Part shown: piece after piece, positions 63,606-64,000 of the stretch | Numbering within the stretch: the first letter of the stretch is position 1 | Layout of the letters: each line of letters starts with the position of its first letter | Source: Paenibacillus sp. | Lineage (GTDB): Bacteria > Bacillota > Bacilli > Paenibacillales > Paenibacillaceae | Direction of reading: 5' to 3' | Assembly (NCBI GenBank): GCA_032083065.1 | Contig: DAMDOU010000003.1 | Coordinates: forward strand, 9 to 64,008 | Length of the DNA stretch: 64,000 nucleotides | The notes under the pieces: generated by a model | The model's input: the letters and a program-made list of their open reading frames with translations, nothing else | Databases searched by the model: none | Told to the model about the DNA's origin: nothing | Position numbers and translations under genes: made by a program

Positions 63606-64000
63606 ATGAACATAAAAGAAGCAATGGACGTGGTTGCGCGGATTTCCCGAAATATCGGACAGGTCGTAGTCGGCAAAGAAGAGACGATCGAGTTCTTGTT
63701 GGCCTCGCTGCTCGGAAATGGACATGTTCTGCTGGAGGATGTTCCGGGTACCGGCAAAACCTTGCTTGCGAAAGCGCTCGCAAAGTCGCTGAACGGAGAA
63801 TTCAAGCGGATTCAGTTTACTCCGGATTTGCTGCCCTCCGACCTCAGTGGAATCAACTTTTACAATCAGAAATCGGGCGATTTCGATTTTCGTCCCGGTC
63901 CGTTGTTTACTCATATTCTGCTGGCCGACGAGATCAATCGGGCTACACCCCGCACCCAATCCAGCTTACTGGAATGTATGGAAGAACGCCAGGTGACGAT
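63606..64000 (+). CDS. MoxR-family AAA+ ATPase; 3' end lies outside the window
   Basis: Own translation: MNIKEAMDVVARISRNIGQVVVGKEETIEFLLASLLGNGHVLLEDVPGTGKTLLAKALAKSL...ILLADEINRATPRTQSSLLECMEERQVT. It has Walker A, Walker B and a MoxR-type N-terminus. Absent from the ORF track because it has no stop codon in the window. Confidence 0.9.
   Translation, partial: MNIKEAMDVVARISRNIGQVVVGKEETIEFLLASLLGNGHVLLEDVPGTGKTLLAKALAKSLNGEFKRIQFTPDLLPSDLSGINFYNQKSGDFDFRPGPLFTHILLADEINRATPRTQSSLLECMEERQVT

Overview
This is a 64-kb chromosomal segment of a Firmicute. Gene content points to Paenibacillus or a close relative (inference): LplABC-type sugar ABC transporters each paired with a YesM/YesN-type HAMP kinase and AraC-fused response regulator, copper-amine-oxidase-N 'stalk' domain secreted proteins, and a YjfB-like gene. 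I call about 47 protein-coding genes. I see no rRNA, tRNA, CRISPR array, transposase or phage genes. Gene order: LtaS-family gene (partial); a 1,023-aa secreted protein with 7 tandem ~125-aa modules; a yjfB-like gene; a kinase-like/glycosyltransferase/YdjC-deacetylase operon; a GNAT gene; a LOV-GGDEF-EAL protein; sugar ABC plus two-component module 1; a small Fur-box locus; an FNT channel; an SBP-PAS-GGDEF-EAL protein; a nucleoside hydrolase; xylR-xylA-xylB; hssRS-hrtBA heme-detoxification module; two-component plus ABC module 2 fused to a GH3/GH38/GH125/GH130/GH38 mannoside (N-glycan-type) locus; an oxidoreductase plus two TIM-barrel operon with divergent AraC and GH20-like genes; then WYL regulator, thioredoxin-like protein, a duplicated P-loop ATPase and MoxR (partial). 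The most unusual signal is non-coding. Four ORF-free intergenic islands (about 5.2 kb, 30.4-31.2 kb, 49.4-49.8 kb and 54.7 kb) carry modular hairpin or inverted-repeat elements. They share a four-module geometry (module spacing about 51 / 62-75 / 51 bp) but differ in primary sequence. One is present as two 287-bp copies that differ at 2 nt. I cannot assign them to any RNA or mobile-element family I know. Other points worth a second look: a YtvA-like LOV domain whose adduct-forming Cys is Ser; a 19/19 Fur box next to an unannotated 48-codon ORF; a promoter, ~85 nt and a terminator unit; and a possible oxidative glycoside-cleavage operon. I do not see a defence island or a clearly novel multi-protein system. 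All family assignments come from motif recognition by eye, not from searches.
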